Below, piece by piece: positions 36,601-49,998 of a stretch of DNA of 62,892 nt. A model generated the notes under the pieces. It had not been told where the DNA came from and ran no database searches. It saw only the letters and a list, made by a program, of their open reading frames with translations. Each line of letters starts with the position of its first letter. Position 1 is the stretch's first letter. Both the position numbers and the translations under genes were made by a program. Source of the stretch: Ginglymostoma cirratum (taxonomy: Eukaryota); the NCBI GenBank assembly GCA_024137785.1, contig JAHRHZ010000017.1, positions 7,600,722-7,663,613 of the forward strand. Reading direction: 5' to 3'.

Positions 36601-37039
36601 TTCAATCCCTGCAGAAAGAAAATATTTGAATTCCTGGTGACCTGTTGAATAGATCACACATCAAAGACGACTAGAAATAAATTGGGACGTAATATTACTA
36701 ATTAATGTTTAATTTAACCAAGGTCCTGGAACCACAATTATACATGACATATCCCTTTAAAGGATATTCAATTCTTCAAACTGGTTCCCATTTGTATTTT
36801 CAACCTCACACCCATCATACTCACCTTTTTCCTTATTCATCTTACTTTTTATTAGTTTCCTCAACCAGCAAGTTCTGGCTATGTCTGTTATATGTTCCAT
36901 TTGTTGGAACATATCTTGACTTTTTGAACTGTTTCCTCTTAAAAGCAGTCTATTTTCATGTTATGAAGAAATGTGATCTAAATATTATTTTTAAAAGTTT
37001 ATGTAGCCCAAAACATATCCTGAACTTTTAAACAAAGGA

Positions 37040-37857
37040 TGTTATGACAAGATAAAGGCAATGAAAACATACCTTGACAATATTGTTGCACCTGCCAGGA
37101 GCAGGGAGCTCAGACGGAGGCATACAGTTTAGAGAACTTTCAGAGAGGTCACTCAGATCAGTTTGTGAGTGAGGTGAGATTACTGCATTCTTGAACTCTG
37201 AAAGAGATTTTGACCTGCTTGAGAATCAACAGCCATTGCCTCCTCTTTTTCCCTTGGCAACTCCTCTCAGCAAAATATGCAAATTGAAAAACCCACCAGA
37301 AGTCATCTTTCCCATTTGAGGAGTGTTCTAAAAAAGTACTTTCTTGGAATGCATCAGACCATCTGAACCAAGGGAATTCAGCAAATAGGACTGTTTCAGA
37401 AAGAGTCAGTGACAGCAGCTTGTGTATGCAGATTACATTCAGAAAAATAAAATCACCTGGGACATTTCATGATTCATCTTTTCATGAGTTAAACTGTTAC
37501 TTGGCCAACGTACTTCCAAGTTAAGATGTTGCAAGCTTTTCTGTTTTTTTTTGCTTCTCTTACATAAGCATGTATGTTAGTTTCTTTGGAGAGTTCAGAT
37601 ATATTTGTATATCCAAACAATTTGCCAATTGTCTTTTTACCTTTGCTTCAAGTTAGTTTGACTTAGTAATAAACCAGTCATATTTTGCTGATTAAACAAA
37701 CCTTGCTAAAATTTCCTCAACCCTGAACTGGACACAATCTGGCACTCATATGTTTTGTCATATCACCAGCCAGGTTAAATGTAAAATTTGCTGTGATCAA
37801 TGCAGGAGTCAGACTGGAAAAAGGAAACTGTGCAACTTTTCAACTTCAGTTATAACA
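37040..37857 (+). mobile_element. Probable solo LTR
   Basis: TGTTAT...ATAACA inverted termini and internal AATAAA at about 37668; no clear TSD. Confidence 0.45.
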
Positions 37858-40559
37858 GTTCTTTTACAGCTTTGTCAGCTAATCTTTAATTCCAAATTTT
37901 CTGGGCCAGGCTCATTCACATGCCGTTAAAATTGGCATTCATTTATTTACTATTTTTACTCCAGCTCATTCCTTGTCCTTTTCCATAACCAACCTATGAT
38001 ATCATGAATACTGGAGAATACTGCAATTGAGGTCCTGCTTGTGAGTTTCCTAGGTAACTGCATCAAATCTGACTTTGGAGAACATTAACCTTCTTACTAC
38101 TATGTCAATTTTACTAGAATTAATTTATGTGAAAAGGAAATCAACTCAGAATTAATTATACAGTAATATTAAAACTCAAACGAATCAGGAAAATTCATCT
38201 ATATACTGGTTACAAAGTGTGTGTTCTTTAAAATGCTGTCATTCTCATGATCTGACTTGGCATCATTTTTAGGTTTATATCTCTGGTAACACTCAAAATC
38301 TCACTGGATGCGTTGTTACTCACACAGTCACACCATAGCAAGTAGCTAAAAGCTGTTGGATTAAATTGCTGCCTCATATAGCAACTGTTCACGCACATTA
38401 TCACTTGAAGATAACTTGATAGGTTGTGGACATGTCAAAATGCATTTAAGCAGGAAGGACAGTTGTGAATATAACTTGTTAATGGCTGAAAACATTAGAA
38501 ATGCTGTTGATACCATTGATGGTGATTCTGTTGCACAAGAAATACTATTTGATTTTATAAAAAAGGAAATCATCTATTAAATCTGAAGTATTTTTAACTG
38601 TGTGTATCAGTTAAAGGCAGCAAGTCACTATATTCATTCTAATAGCTGGGAAATAAGTTGTAAATTTAAAAAAGTGTATGAATGGAGATTTACAGGCACA
38701 TCAAGAGCAAATATAATTTATTCATTTTCTAGTCACTGCTAACTTATAGAATATTTCTGATCCTATGGTAACAGCTTCTGAAATTTACTTATTGATTTGA
38801 CAGCATTCAATTGCATTTTGTCCTCATTCACTTTCTCCTTATTTTGATATGCATGTGCACTGTAATTTAGCTCTAATCAATCATTCAACAGATCATTGAT
38901 TTATCTTATATGTTTTATGTGGTAATTCCAAGTTGAGAATGTTTTAGCATTCAATGCTACGTAAAATCTAACTCTATTTGAACAGGATCAATTAAGTATG
39001 TTTTTGTCTACCATGTGTGTACAACTCATGATGTTATTTACCTATAAAGAGGAAGAGAAATTGAATAAGGCCTGAAATCAGGTGCATGATTGCCGAGCAC
39101 CCATTGATTCCCTTGCAGGCAACATGCAAACTTCCTACTCCCCACTTTTTCACACAATGACGGGAATGCACTTTCTGCATGTATGATGGTGGCAGGTTCA
39201 GGTGAGGCATTCAAAACTTAAATTCATTATGTAGAGGTATGGGGAAAAGACTGGAGAAAGACAAAATGTCATGATGCTGATTTGGAGAGCCAGTGCCGCA
39301 ATGGTGAGCTGAATGGCCTCCTTCTGCACTTCCATTTGTGCGCATTTTTGAAATCTATAGAAACTATAAGGACGTTATTAAGCGGCTGCACTCCTGAGCA
39401 GGGGCCATAAAATCTTGAAGGGCTCACCCAACTTGAAGCTGGCCTGCACTCTTAAAGTGCAGCTGCATTTTGACTGGAGCAAGTGCTGGAATTCACTGCA
39501 GAAATGACTTTAACTGTTCTGCCTAGACCCCAGGAGAGGTTTGTTAGGGTTCCAAATGGAATGCCCCAAACTGTTAAGTTTCCATACAAGGAGGGATAAA
39601 CTTGGCTTACCTGGTTTGCCCTCTTTATTCACCCACCTCATCAGTTGTTAGCAACAGCATTAATTTAAATAAGGATCCCTTCCCTTGTGGATACCTTTCT
39701 TTCAGACAAGAATGAATCTTTTAAAAATGAGTCAATTTAATCAAGCTTTCTTAAGTTAACAAAAATATTGAGTTTATTAATTACTGCATATGAGAAGAAA
39801 TACTAACACAAAACACACACTCAGAAAATAGAAATAAAAGGCAAGTCCAAAAACAGAAAAGACTGAAAACAATGATATACAGAATCAGTTTCTGTATTGT
39901 TCGAGAAGAACAGATAGTTGAATGTTGTGGATGTTGCAGTGGAGCTTATCATGAGCATGGTCATGGCTAGCTGAGCAGTCAGTTTCATCATCTCGAGTTT
40001 AACAGATAGGTTAAGATTCTAGCGTCCTGATACCTTTTGATTGTGAGTGAATTCCAGCATTGAGGGTAAGAGAAAGTCCTCTGTTGTCCTGTTTCTCTTT
40101 TAACTGGCTTGCAACACTCAGGCAGAAACGTCTTCACCTGCAACACAGAGCCACAAAAGAAGAGATTTTCGATAATAGTCTTCATAGCCATCTAACACTA
40201 GTACTCAGGGAGATACGTGTGAGAACATTCAGTCCCCCTAGACCCCTCAGGTAGATCTGAATTTGGTTTTTTAACCCCTACAATTCAAAGGAGCAAAATA
40301 TAAAATAAATTTAGAGTTTAGGACATGTTCCACAGTGGGTGACTCACTATTGAGCAGGGGTTCGTCAGCACTTTGTTATCTTTGTAGTCACAATAGATCA
40401 CAGTTTAGTCCCTTTGAAGTTTTTTGATGCCTCTAGGTTTTAGATCCCATTGGTCCCGTATAGATATTTTTTATTACTGCTGTTATTTTCTCTAGCAGTC
40501 CTCTCATAAATATATTGTTTTGGAATTAAAGGCTAAAAGCATCCACAATACACAGGGGT

Positions 40560-41500
40560 TCTTGCTTATGGACATGGCAGGGCCTTTGAAAGGAACAGAA
40601 AAGGCATAAAATGGCAGGTTTCTTCAGCATAGGACTAGAGACAATATTGCAAAAGGTAGAAAGTGAAGGCTCCTCCATGTCCATTTGACAAAGTGGATCA
40701 CCAAATAAACTCTTGCAAAGGCAATGGGAGCTGATAACCATACTGGTCAAATCCAGCAATGGACTTGAAAACATGATAGTGCCAAAATAAATACATTCCT
40801 CTTACATCTGTGGTCAACATCAGTGAGCACATCTCCAAATGTTATATTTCAATGGCTGTATCACTATTCTCATATACTGTTCAGTACAGTACACTACCAA
40901 ACATTTCCATCATTTAGGACTCATTATCATCCTCTTATTTGAACTTACACACTTAATACTATTGAAAGCCTCACACCCTATTTATACAGTCTGTTATTCT
41001 ACTCTGACATTCCCAAAATATCACACAATGGTCACTGGCACACAGTGTATTACCAAAGACAACAGCAGTTAGCTTCCTAGGGGCAGGAACAACAGCTTGC
41101 CTGTGCTTTGGTCGAGAAGATGGTGGTCACAGCATTGGAACATCCATGATCAAGACTATGGCCAATAATGGGGCTGAAAGGGTGGAAGATAACTGCCATC
41201 TTAAATTTTCATTCCTTGCTTCACTGATACACCATGACTGCCATCTGGAAGATGTACTACAACAACCCACCAAGGTTTCTTCAACCATGCCATCCAATAT
41301 CGTGAAGTCACCTAGAGCTATATACCGATAGCCTGTTGGTGAGGGAAGATTCCAAAGCCAGCGTTTTCTTGGGATACATAAAATATATCTCCTGATTCCA
41401 CTCAACTCTTGCATCAATAAGTGTCGCTTCATACGTGCTGAACTAAGCATTGAATCAATACCCTTCATCCAAGTACTTAGCTTCAATTAAAACAATTATC
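40560..41500 (-). mobile_element. Decayed LINE remnant (further L2/CR1 pieces at about 41500-41640, 42110-42390, 42880-43300, 50130-50640, 55215-55450)
   Basis: Degenerate endonuclease-like text (YIALGDFT in ORF 41486-41127) and similarity to the other L2/CR1-clade copies. Confidence 0.45.
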
Positions 41501-41664
41501 TGAAAGAACAAAGGCAGCAAACATATGGGAACATCACAAGTTGCAAGTTCCTCTTTAAGTCACACACCATTCTAACTTTGAAACATATTGCTGATACTTT
41601 ATCCTCAATCAGTTAAAAACTGAGAACTCACTGTCACTTTGGTCTTATCTACAAATATCAGGCC

Positions 41665-41800
41665 GATTCTCTTGTGGTATAGTGGTATTGCCCCCACTTC
41701 CGAACTAGAAGGCCAAGGTTCAATTCCCATTTGTTCCAGAGATGTGACATAGTGCATCTGACCAGACTGATTAAATTATCTACGTAATTTCCAGACCACT
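41665..41800 (+). mobile_element. tRNA-derived SINE head (related copy at about 56577-56665)
   Basis: A-box-like tggtatagtgg and B-box ggttcaattcc, followed by non-tRNA sequence; no complete cloverleaf. Confidence 0.55.
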
Positions 41801-44800
41801 TGAAGGGGTTCTTATGTAATGAGCCAGGAGACCTCGTTTCAAGTCCCACCTTCTTAAAAGGTGTGTCATAAAAAATTCTACAACAATCAGACTGCCATTG
41901 TAGGAGGCTAACAGCTGCCTTCCCAATAATGGACAATAATGAATGCAGACTTGGTTTACTTTACAAGAGAGAGCAAAAATAAACTTCTGCTAAAATTATC
42001 ATAACATTTAGAAATTAGCATATTTGTTACATGCTATAATAGTTATGTTTACATTTTCTAACATCTTCTACTCAGAAATAATTTCAGGTCTTCTCTCAAT
42101 TTTTAAAGTAATTTTTCAAAGAATGTGGGTATCTCTGCCCAGGACATATTTGCCAGCCATTTACTTTTACGACAGCAGTCCATCTGGTTCATTTTCACCC
42201 ACAATGCTGTTAGGAAGGGGGCTCCAGGAGTTTGACCCTATGGTGATATAGTTCAAAGTCTGGAATTTCCATTTAATGTACCTTCCAGGATTTTGGGGGC
42301 TGTAGTGATGAATATCAAGGAACAATGTTTACATTGTCTCTTGCTGGAGGTGGTCTTTTCTTGGCAATTATGTAGCATGGATGTTACAGCAAACTTTGTT
42401 CTAACAGGCACCATATGAAAGGGCACTCTCCATAAGCTGGCAAAAAAATATATAGCTGAAATACCATACAGTTTGTTGTATTGTTCTGTCCAATTATTGT
42501 AGTGTTTAATTTACTTACTTAAATGTAAATATACTTGCTGCTTAATTAAATGGGCACACGAAATATCAGCAGTTGTTTCAATGTTGAGTCAATTTCTCCT
42601 CAAATACCACAATCTACCGTGATGTTTGAGTAGTCAATTAATTGCATGAGTGAGAAGGCTCACTGCCACTAACTTTTATTTAAGGCAAAGTTACTTTATT
42701 ATTCAAGTGATTTATGCTGTAAGTCAGGTATAACAGTGATATGTATACCCCCTGCTTTATGCTTCTATTACTTTGTGTGTGGTTTTACATTGATTATGTG
42801 GACTTCTTGATTATCTGGACTATTTGATCAAATGGCGCACTCCTTGTCCCGTAAGTGCTGGTTAGTAAAAAGTTTGCTGTATTTGCCACTTATCAGAGCA
42901 AACTTGAATGCTGCCCAGATCTTACTACACATAGATATAGATTGTGTCAGTATCTGGGGGGAGTCACAAATGGTTCCGAACACTGTTCTATCATCAGCAA
43001 ACATCCCACTTCGGACCTTACGATGGAGGGAAGGGTCATTAATGAAGGAGAAGATGTGTGGATCGAAAATATTATTCTGAGGAAGTCTAGCAGTAAAATC
43101 CTATGACTGAAATGAGTGACCTCTAACAACCTTTTATCATTGTGATAGATATGACTCAAACTGAAGGAGAGTTTTCTCTCTTCTGCCCTTCCACTCCCTT
43201 CTCAAGATTCCCATTGGTCTGAACTTTGCAAGAGGTTCCTTGATGGAACTCTGTTAAATGCTGCACTGATGTTAAGAGTGGTCTCTCTCAGTTTATTTTG
43301 GGTTACACTCATTATTACCAAAGCATAGACCATCAGCAAATTATTGTATGTTTGTTGATTATGGGCAGGAACTAAATGTTACCACTTTACTACTAGTTAC
43401 TAGGTCAATTTCAGTGATTAGTTACTAGTGGAGTTCAAGTTCCTGTCCTCTTTGGTTTACCCTTCTGTGAATCATATTCCCTCTTCCCTAATCTCCTCTT
43501 GCCCTTGTCTTTGATTTCCCATCTTTCCCACTCCTGGTTTCTTCTTTCCCTTCTCTCATCACGAGTTCAGAATGTTATAAGATTGAACTTCCAAAATGCC
43601 TTCAACCAGATTTAGCACCCCAATTCTCAATGATCTGCAGGATAGTAGACTCAAGGAAACCTGTCCTGTCTTTTAAAGCCCCTATGAATATTGTTTGCCA
43701 GGCTATCAAAGGTACAATACACATTGGAGGCCAGTGTGTACTCCAAGTACACTATTCAATAACAGTTTGTGCTGCCAATAAAGCTGGTGACATATAATTC
43801 TAACTTGTTGGCTTTGCTGTTCTGTCCATATCAATGATCTCACACCATGATTGAATCTTCATGCCAATTAACAAGATATCACGTAGTCTTGAAATGGATT
43901 TCTCCAGCCTTTAGACATGCTCCAGCAATGTCTTTATGTGCTTTTTATTGAAGACTGGGCCCTTAGGGAAGGGCTGCATGGGGTGTTGGGGGTGCAGAGT
44001 AGCTTTGGAGGCTAGTTGGTAGGTGAGCAGATTAACTTCTGGCCTGTACTACCTGAAAATAGATAAGGCTTCACTGGCATCATGTTCAATTCTCTGATGA
44101 TACCCTAAGAAATTGAAGCACCGTTATTACTTATTCATATACACTCAGAGGGGGGAAGAAAGATCATTTTAAATCATTAGTAGTGTTTTGACATTGGATA
44201 ATGGCATCAGCATGCCACCTGCTGCTGGTTTTAACACATAGGTAACTGGAATTATCAACAATAGATTTTTCCTTTTCAGTGTGAAGATTTCATAATAGAT
44301 TTTGCTAATGAATAAATTAGAGTTTTCAAAATGCTAATAGTTACTGTACACTGCTGAGAAATAAAGAAATCTCATTAAAAAGACACAGAGTCCCTAATTT
44401 CTTATATATTAGGCAACAGCAGGTATCCCCAGCATCATCATTTTGTATCAAAAACTGTTAATGATTTCTTCAATGCAGTTAGTGGGTACTAGGTAGATGT
44501 AAAACTTTCATATCGCGGTTTGATTTTACTGAGTAAATGAAACAGTAAAATCACAAAATGGCGCCAAGAAATAAATCAAGGACTGGTCTGCTGAAGTTGA
44601 TTGTACTTTAATACAATATCCAATGAATGGATAAGAATCAGTGAATTGTGTGGTCATTTGATGCCCATAATTATGACATTCACCCCTGTTTATTGCCTTT
44701 ATTAGTTTTAATCCTTTTCTTTTCAGTTTTATATGTTCTGAAAACATTCTAAAATAATGAAATAAAATGAAAAAGAAGTTCCTGATTGTGAATATTACTG

Positions 44801-45231
44801 AGTTAAGTTGTGCTCTTCCTCTCACCTTACATAGTACCATTTTGCCTTTAACAATTTGGTGGTGATCTGGCAGAGCGAATATCAACGCTTATAGAACCTT
44901 ATAGGATAGGAAATAATAAAAAGGCAGCCTGATTGAATCCTGGCGACTTTTTGGTTGAATAATAAACTTAATTGCAATGAAAAAATAAATTACTTAATAG
45001 TGGAGGTTGTTTCCTGACTTTTGAGTATCTTAAAAACATTATGAACCTTTTTTTTATTCTCACCGTTCCTCTTGCGAAGGAGGTGATTCATGCAGGGGAT
45101 GATTCTGTCAGTTTTCCGCTACCACATACAAATAAATGCTATTTACGTGAAGCCCAGATAACTAATTGGTCCATTCTGCTGCGGAGATTTTATAGCAGAC
45201 CTTGATCTTGTTCCTTATCCAGAGATAACAC

Positions 45232-45259
45232 AACAGTACTTACCAGCAGGGGGTGCTAG
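45232..45259 (+). promoter_or_regulatory. CTCF-binding motif
   Basis: ta-CCAGCAGGGGGTGCTA closely matches the CTCF core (CCASYAGRKGGCRS), preceded by upstream-module-like acagtact. Confidence 0.65.
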
Positions 45260-46544
45260 ACAGCAATCAGGAAAGAGCCCTGACACATACTTGCCCTTTG
45301 TATTTTAACAAGCAATACCCCGTAACTCCGAATCAATTACTGTGATTTGTTAAAATGAAGGACCAACGCTAGATCCCTTGTTCTTTGTCTGGTTTAATAT
45401 ATGCCACAAAGGTGTGTGCATGTGTACACATTGAACCGTTGAGAGACCCTATAAAATAATGCAGTCTGGGTTTATTAATCTAAAAATCATAACAGGGAAT
45501 AAAGAAAAAAATTGAAAACGTTAAGACAAAAATAGCAGATGTTACAAAGCAATTCAGTTATGTCACTAAATTTCAGTGTTATCCAGCTTACTCATCATTA
45601 AGAAAACTAGCGAAAATTTAATATCAAATTTTACTAGATCGATGAAATTATTGTAAATGGCCCATAATAAATTGGTTGTGCAGTTAACTTGATTAAATTA
45701 TAATTCACATTTCTTAATGCTTCAAAAACTTATATGGTGCATCTTTACAAGATAACATGGTTGAATTGCTTTCATTGCTTTCTTCCATGATGGAATTTGA
45801 AAATTACTAGTTAAGGCGTTACCTATTCCTCTTAGATATTCTTCGAACAAACCTGTTTTACATGCTGCTGGCTGTGCCTAGACTAGTTGGTTTAAATCTC
45901 ACTGCTAAATTTTAGATTTATGTACATTTGAGTGGTTGCCCCAATATCAATGTAGGATTTGACCAATTGTGGCAATAAACGGTCTTGACAAAGCTGAAGA
46001 CAAAATTGAAGGGAACTGAGTATTTTGAGGCCTACACTGAGATAAATGAACATTAAAAGGTTTTTTTGAACATAACTACATACAAGGAATGGTAACAGAA
46101 GACATCTGTTGTACCTCCAGACCAAGTTCTAGTTCCATGTGATGTAATATTATCATGTTCTGCAATTCTTCTTAGAGCAAAAATGTACAGTTAATTTTAA
46201 GAGCCATGCCTGTTTATTTTTCGTATTTTTAAAAACTTGGGACTAAAGTGCCTTAAAACCAGTATTTTGTGAGGGTGGTTCATGCTTTGAAAAGCAAATA
46301 ACTTGATACGTAGGGCAGGTATTGTTATCAACTATTTGAACAAGCAGTTATTGAAGTTCTGTTCACCGACAATCCCCAGTTTAGGGTGTGTGTACTGATG
46401 CAGCTTTTGTTAGCAACATGAAGTTGATTGGTCTGTTGACTAGTGACAGTGATTCATGACAGAAACCTTTTGCTTGGAAAAGTTCTTGAGTGAATAAGTA
46501 GTTTGAGTTAGAAGCAAAAACAGATTCATAGGGAGAGAGAAATT

Positions 46545-46588
46545 GAGAGAGAGAGAGAGAGAAAGAGAGACAAAGAGACAAAGAGAGG
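46545..46588. repeat. (GA)n microsatellite
   Basis: gagagagagagagagagaaagagagacaaagagacaaagagagg seen directly. Confidence 0.85.
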
Positions 46589-46764
46589 GATGTAAAGATC
46601 TTCTCCCATCACAGTAGCTGCCACTTTTCTGCAGTAAAAAACTCAGCTTAAACCTGATGAAACCAATTAGGGCTTCAGGAATATTAGAGTTCAATTTATG
46701 ATGCACTGTGCCTGTGGATTGAATAATTAATCGTGTATTACACCACTCTGTCCAAATCTTTGAA

Positions 46765-46796
46765 CTGATGAAGGGTCAAGGCCCGAAACGTCAAGC
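46765..46796 (+). ncRNA. Minimal type I hammerhead ribozyme motif
   Basis: CTGATGA-A-GGGT-caag-GCCC-GAAAC-GTC-aagc: canonical core with a GUC cleavage triplet. The 5' arm of stem I is replaced by genomic flank. Confidence 0.7.
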
Positions 46797-46858
46797 TTTC
46801 CTGCTCCTATGATGCTGCTTGGCCTGCTGTGTTCATCCAGCCCCACACCTTGTTATCT
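46765..46858 (+). mobile_element. Young subfamily B Penelope-pLTR-like insertion with 12-bp TSD
   Basis: Flanked by atctttgaactg at 46756-46767 and 46855-46866; the repeats overlap the element ends by microhomology. Confidence 0.88.
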
Positions 46859-47527
46859 TTGAACTGTATCTTGTTTAACCATTAACATTTAATTCTTTAT
46901 TCTAACCTACTCCTCAAGACCTATTTGCCCATGGCCATGTCTTATCTCCCTCATTACTTGAAGCCTTTGAAAGAAGTGAAGGATCTGTAATATCATCAAA
47001 TAGGCCTCAAGATGGAGTGTTAGCAGTTGACAGTGAATCCAGATATAGTGTGAACTTTAGCATCAACAGCTGCTGAATGACAAATATCCAAAACCACACA
47101 AGTATCTCCATTTAGAAGTAAATTACATTAGGTTTTGTTAATCTCTTTTCCATTTTAGCAAAGTATACCATGCGTTGCTCTCTCACTTTTCTTTTATTAA
47201 TCCTGTATCCTAAAGATTTTTTGGCCTTGACCATGATAAATATATGAAAGAATGGATACACCTGCCACTCCTTCCAATACAAGATTAGCTTTCTTGCCAT
47301 TAATCATGACAACTGCATGTCAGAATACATCTCATGGGTGTATAATAGTCATGGAAGCTGAAATCTTGCAGTGTGCCTGTTATATCCCCCAAGAACTCAA
47401 CTTCTCCTTAGACTTTGAAGTTTTAAACACTTATAGCCTGCTAGAGGTCTTTCTTTTCAAATTATCTTCCAAATTATCTTTACTGTTGATGAAGATCTAT
47501 CATTCTATCCTGTCACGCCTCACAGAA

Positions 47528-47528
<1 letters not shown>

Positions 47529-47563
<35 letters not shown>
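47529..47563. repeat. (CA)n microsatellite
   Basis: Uninterrupted CA run seen directly. Confidence 0.95.
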
Positions 47564-47569
<6 letters not shown>

Positions 47570-48814
47570 AAGAAAAGTTCAGTTGTCTTTGTCAATGGGG
47601 TTTGCTGAGATGATCCTGTTGACTGTCAGGGCCTCCTGCCTCTGCTTCTCTGTTTCTTCACTTACTTGTTGGAGGCAAATAGAGACAGATTCACATTTAA
47701 AATCTCTGACTTATTGAATAAAAACCAGAGCTTACAGCAACTGATGAGGGGAAATTAACTGGCCTTTTTCAGGGTGGAGGATTTTCAGCGAAGAAAAGGA
47801 CAGCACCTTCCTTTCCAGAGGTCCAATGGCTTCTGACCAAACATTCACACCCAAATCTGTTCAGCTACTTGAGAACCAATTATAGTTGTTGGCAGACAGA
47901 AAGCCTTTGTCATTGGTCTATGGAGCAGTGACTGGCTGTAGAGCAACTACTTGTTGCTGGTCAAATCTCATTTTGTATACTTTCCTTGTTTCCAGCTCTT
48001 CTGCTCATAAATGTCCTCCACTGCTTGTACGTTAAGAGAGTCAAATAACCTTAAAAAAGATACAGCAATCTTTTCCACAATCCTTACTTTTTTTCATCAT
48101 CCTTTCTGCATTTCAGCCAACATTTCAGACAAAAATACAAGAAAGTAAGAAGGTGTGGTGTTTACACTTAGTACTCATTTACCCTCTAATATTGGCTGGA
48201 CAAAACTCTTGCCAGTTGGGTCCACTAATGGTGTCAAATGCAACCCACTTCTTTCTGCATTTGCCACTCATGGAGCTGTTTTCATCCTGATCTCCAAGAA
48301 CGCTGGTCTGCAGTAATCTATTACTCCCTGTGACAAACGTATTTTCTACAACCTGCCCCATTCCCACTGTGGGCTTTTCCTACACTTTTTCAGCATTGCA
48401 TAGGTTTTTTTCTCTGCAGTCTTGAATTCCTTTGCTTTCAGCATGATATTGCTGTTAGGTTGCTCTTCAGGACCTTTTCCTCCCACTTTTGTTGCTTGAT
48501 AGCTGAGCTGACCTTGTCATAAGTAGCACGGTACTGCCACTGTGCTTAACTTCTGTTGATCCATGCTGTTGATCTCTGGTTCCATGAGACTGGTCACTAT
48601 TTCCACCATGTTGCAAGATCAAGTCTATGCTCCAATGAGTGACTGTTAACAGGCTTTATTGAACATAACTCCAAACAAGGGATGATTAAAAATGGACATC
48701 TCTGGAGCCTCATAGATGTAGGTTGCCATTCGATGTGATCTGATATCGCTATGACATAGTTCCTTACACACACACAATCAGTAGCTATTCTTCACCTAAA
48801 GAAGTAGTTGATCT

Positions 48815-49525
48815 AGACATGAACATCGGAGGAATGAACTGCTCAGCAAGTTTACAGATTACATGAAAATTGGCGATGTGGTAAATTGTGATAAGGAAAG
48901 CCTTAGGCTATAGGATGACATAGATGGGCTGAACAATGGTAAATAGAATTTAATCATGAAAAGTGGGTGGACCAAAAACGCAAGGGTTGTATGGTACAAT
49001 CCTTGGAGGTTTAGTGGATCAGAAGGGTCTTGGTATGCATGTCCATAGATCCTTGAATGCAGCAGGATAGGTGGATAAGATGGTTAAGAAGGCACATGGG
49101 ATGCTTGCCTTTATTAATTAAACATTGACTACAAGAACAAGGAGGTTAAGGTGAAGCTGTTAGCAATGTTGGTTGAGCCACAGCTGGAGTACTGTGTGCA
49201 TTCTGGTCACCACATTATAGAAAGAATGTGATTGCACTAGACAGGTAATTTACCAGGATGTTGCTGGGCTGGAGGGGTTCAGCTATGAAGCAACAACAGG
49301 TAGACTCAGATAGTTTACATAGCAGACAGAAGGCTGAGGAGGGACATCATGGACATGTACAAAGTTATGAAGGGTATAGATAGGGAGAAACATTTCCTCT
49401 TAGTGGAGGGATTGATAACCGGGGGTCATGGTTTTAAGGCAAGGAGTAGGAGGTTTCAAGAGGATTTGAGGAAGTATTTTTTCACCCAGAGACTATTGGG
49501 TATCCGAACTCAGTGTTTAAAAGGT
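48815..49525 (+). mobile_element. CR1 LINE 3' fragment
   Basis: LSKFTDYMKIG (FADDTKIG), PQLEYCV and MYKVMKGIDRE..GGHGFK..RKYFFTQR motifs. Confidence 0.85.
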
Positions 49526-49531
49526 CCAAAC

Positions 49532-49931
49532 NNNNNNNNNNNNNNNNNNNNNNNNNNNNNNNNNNNNNNNNNNNNNNNNNNNNNNNNNNNNNNNNNNNNN
49601 NNNNNNNNNNNNNNNNNNNNNNNNNNNNNNNNNNNNNNNNNNNNNNNNNNNNNNNNNNNNNNNNNNNNNNNNNNNNNNNNNNNNNNNNNNNNNNNNNNNN
49701 NNNNNNNNNNNNNNNNNNNNNNNNNNNNNNNNNNNNNNNNNNNNNNNNNNNNNNNNNNNNNNNNNNNNNNNNNNNNNNNNNNNNNNNNNNNNNNNNNNNN
49801 NNNNNNNNNNNNNNNNNNNNNNNNNNNNNNNNNNNNNNNNNNNNNNNNNNNNNNNNNNNNNNNNNNNNNNNNNNNNNNNNNNNNNNNNNNNNNNNNNNNN
49901 NNNNNNNNNNNNNNNNNNNNNNNNNNNNNNN
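49532..49931. other. Assembly gap (400 N)
   Basis: Run of N. Confidence 1.
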
Positions 49932-49932
49932 T

Positions 49933-49998
49933 CAAGTTTTCCTGCTCCTATGATGCTGCTTGACCTGCTGTGTTCATCCAGCCCCATGCTTGTTATCT
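49933..49998 (+). mobile_element. Subfamily B Penelope-pLTR-like element abutting the gap
   Basis: caagttttcctgctcctatgatgctgcttgacctgctgtgttcatccagccccatgcttgttatct. Confidence 0.8.

Noticed and set aside
41665-41740. tRNA genes suggested by A/B boxes (also 29415, 51195, 56577)
   Set aside because: These are SINE heads with no complete cloverleaf and run into SINE bodies.
47741-47765. CTGATGAG..GAAA as another hammerhead
   Set aside because: No stem II between the boxes and no family context; chance match.
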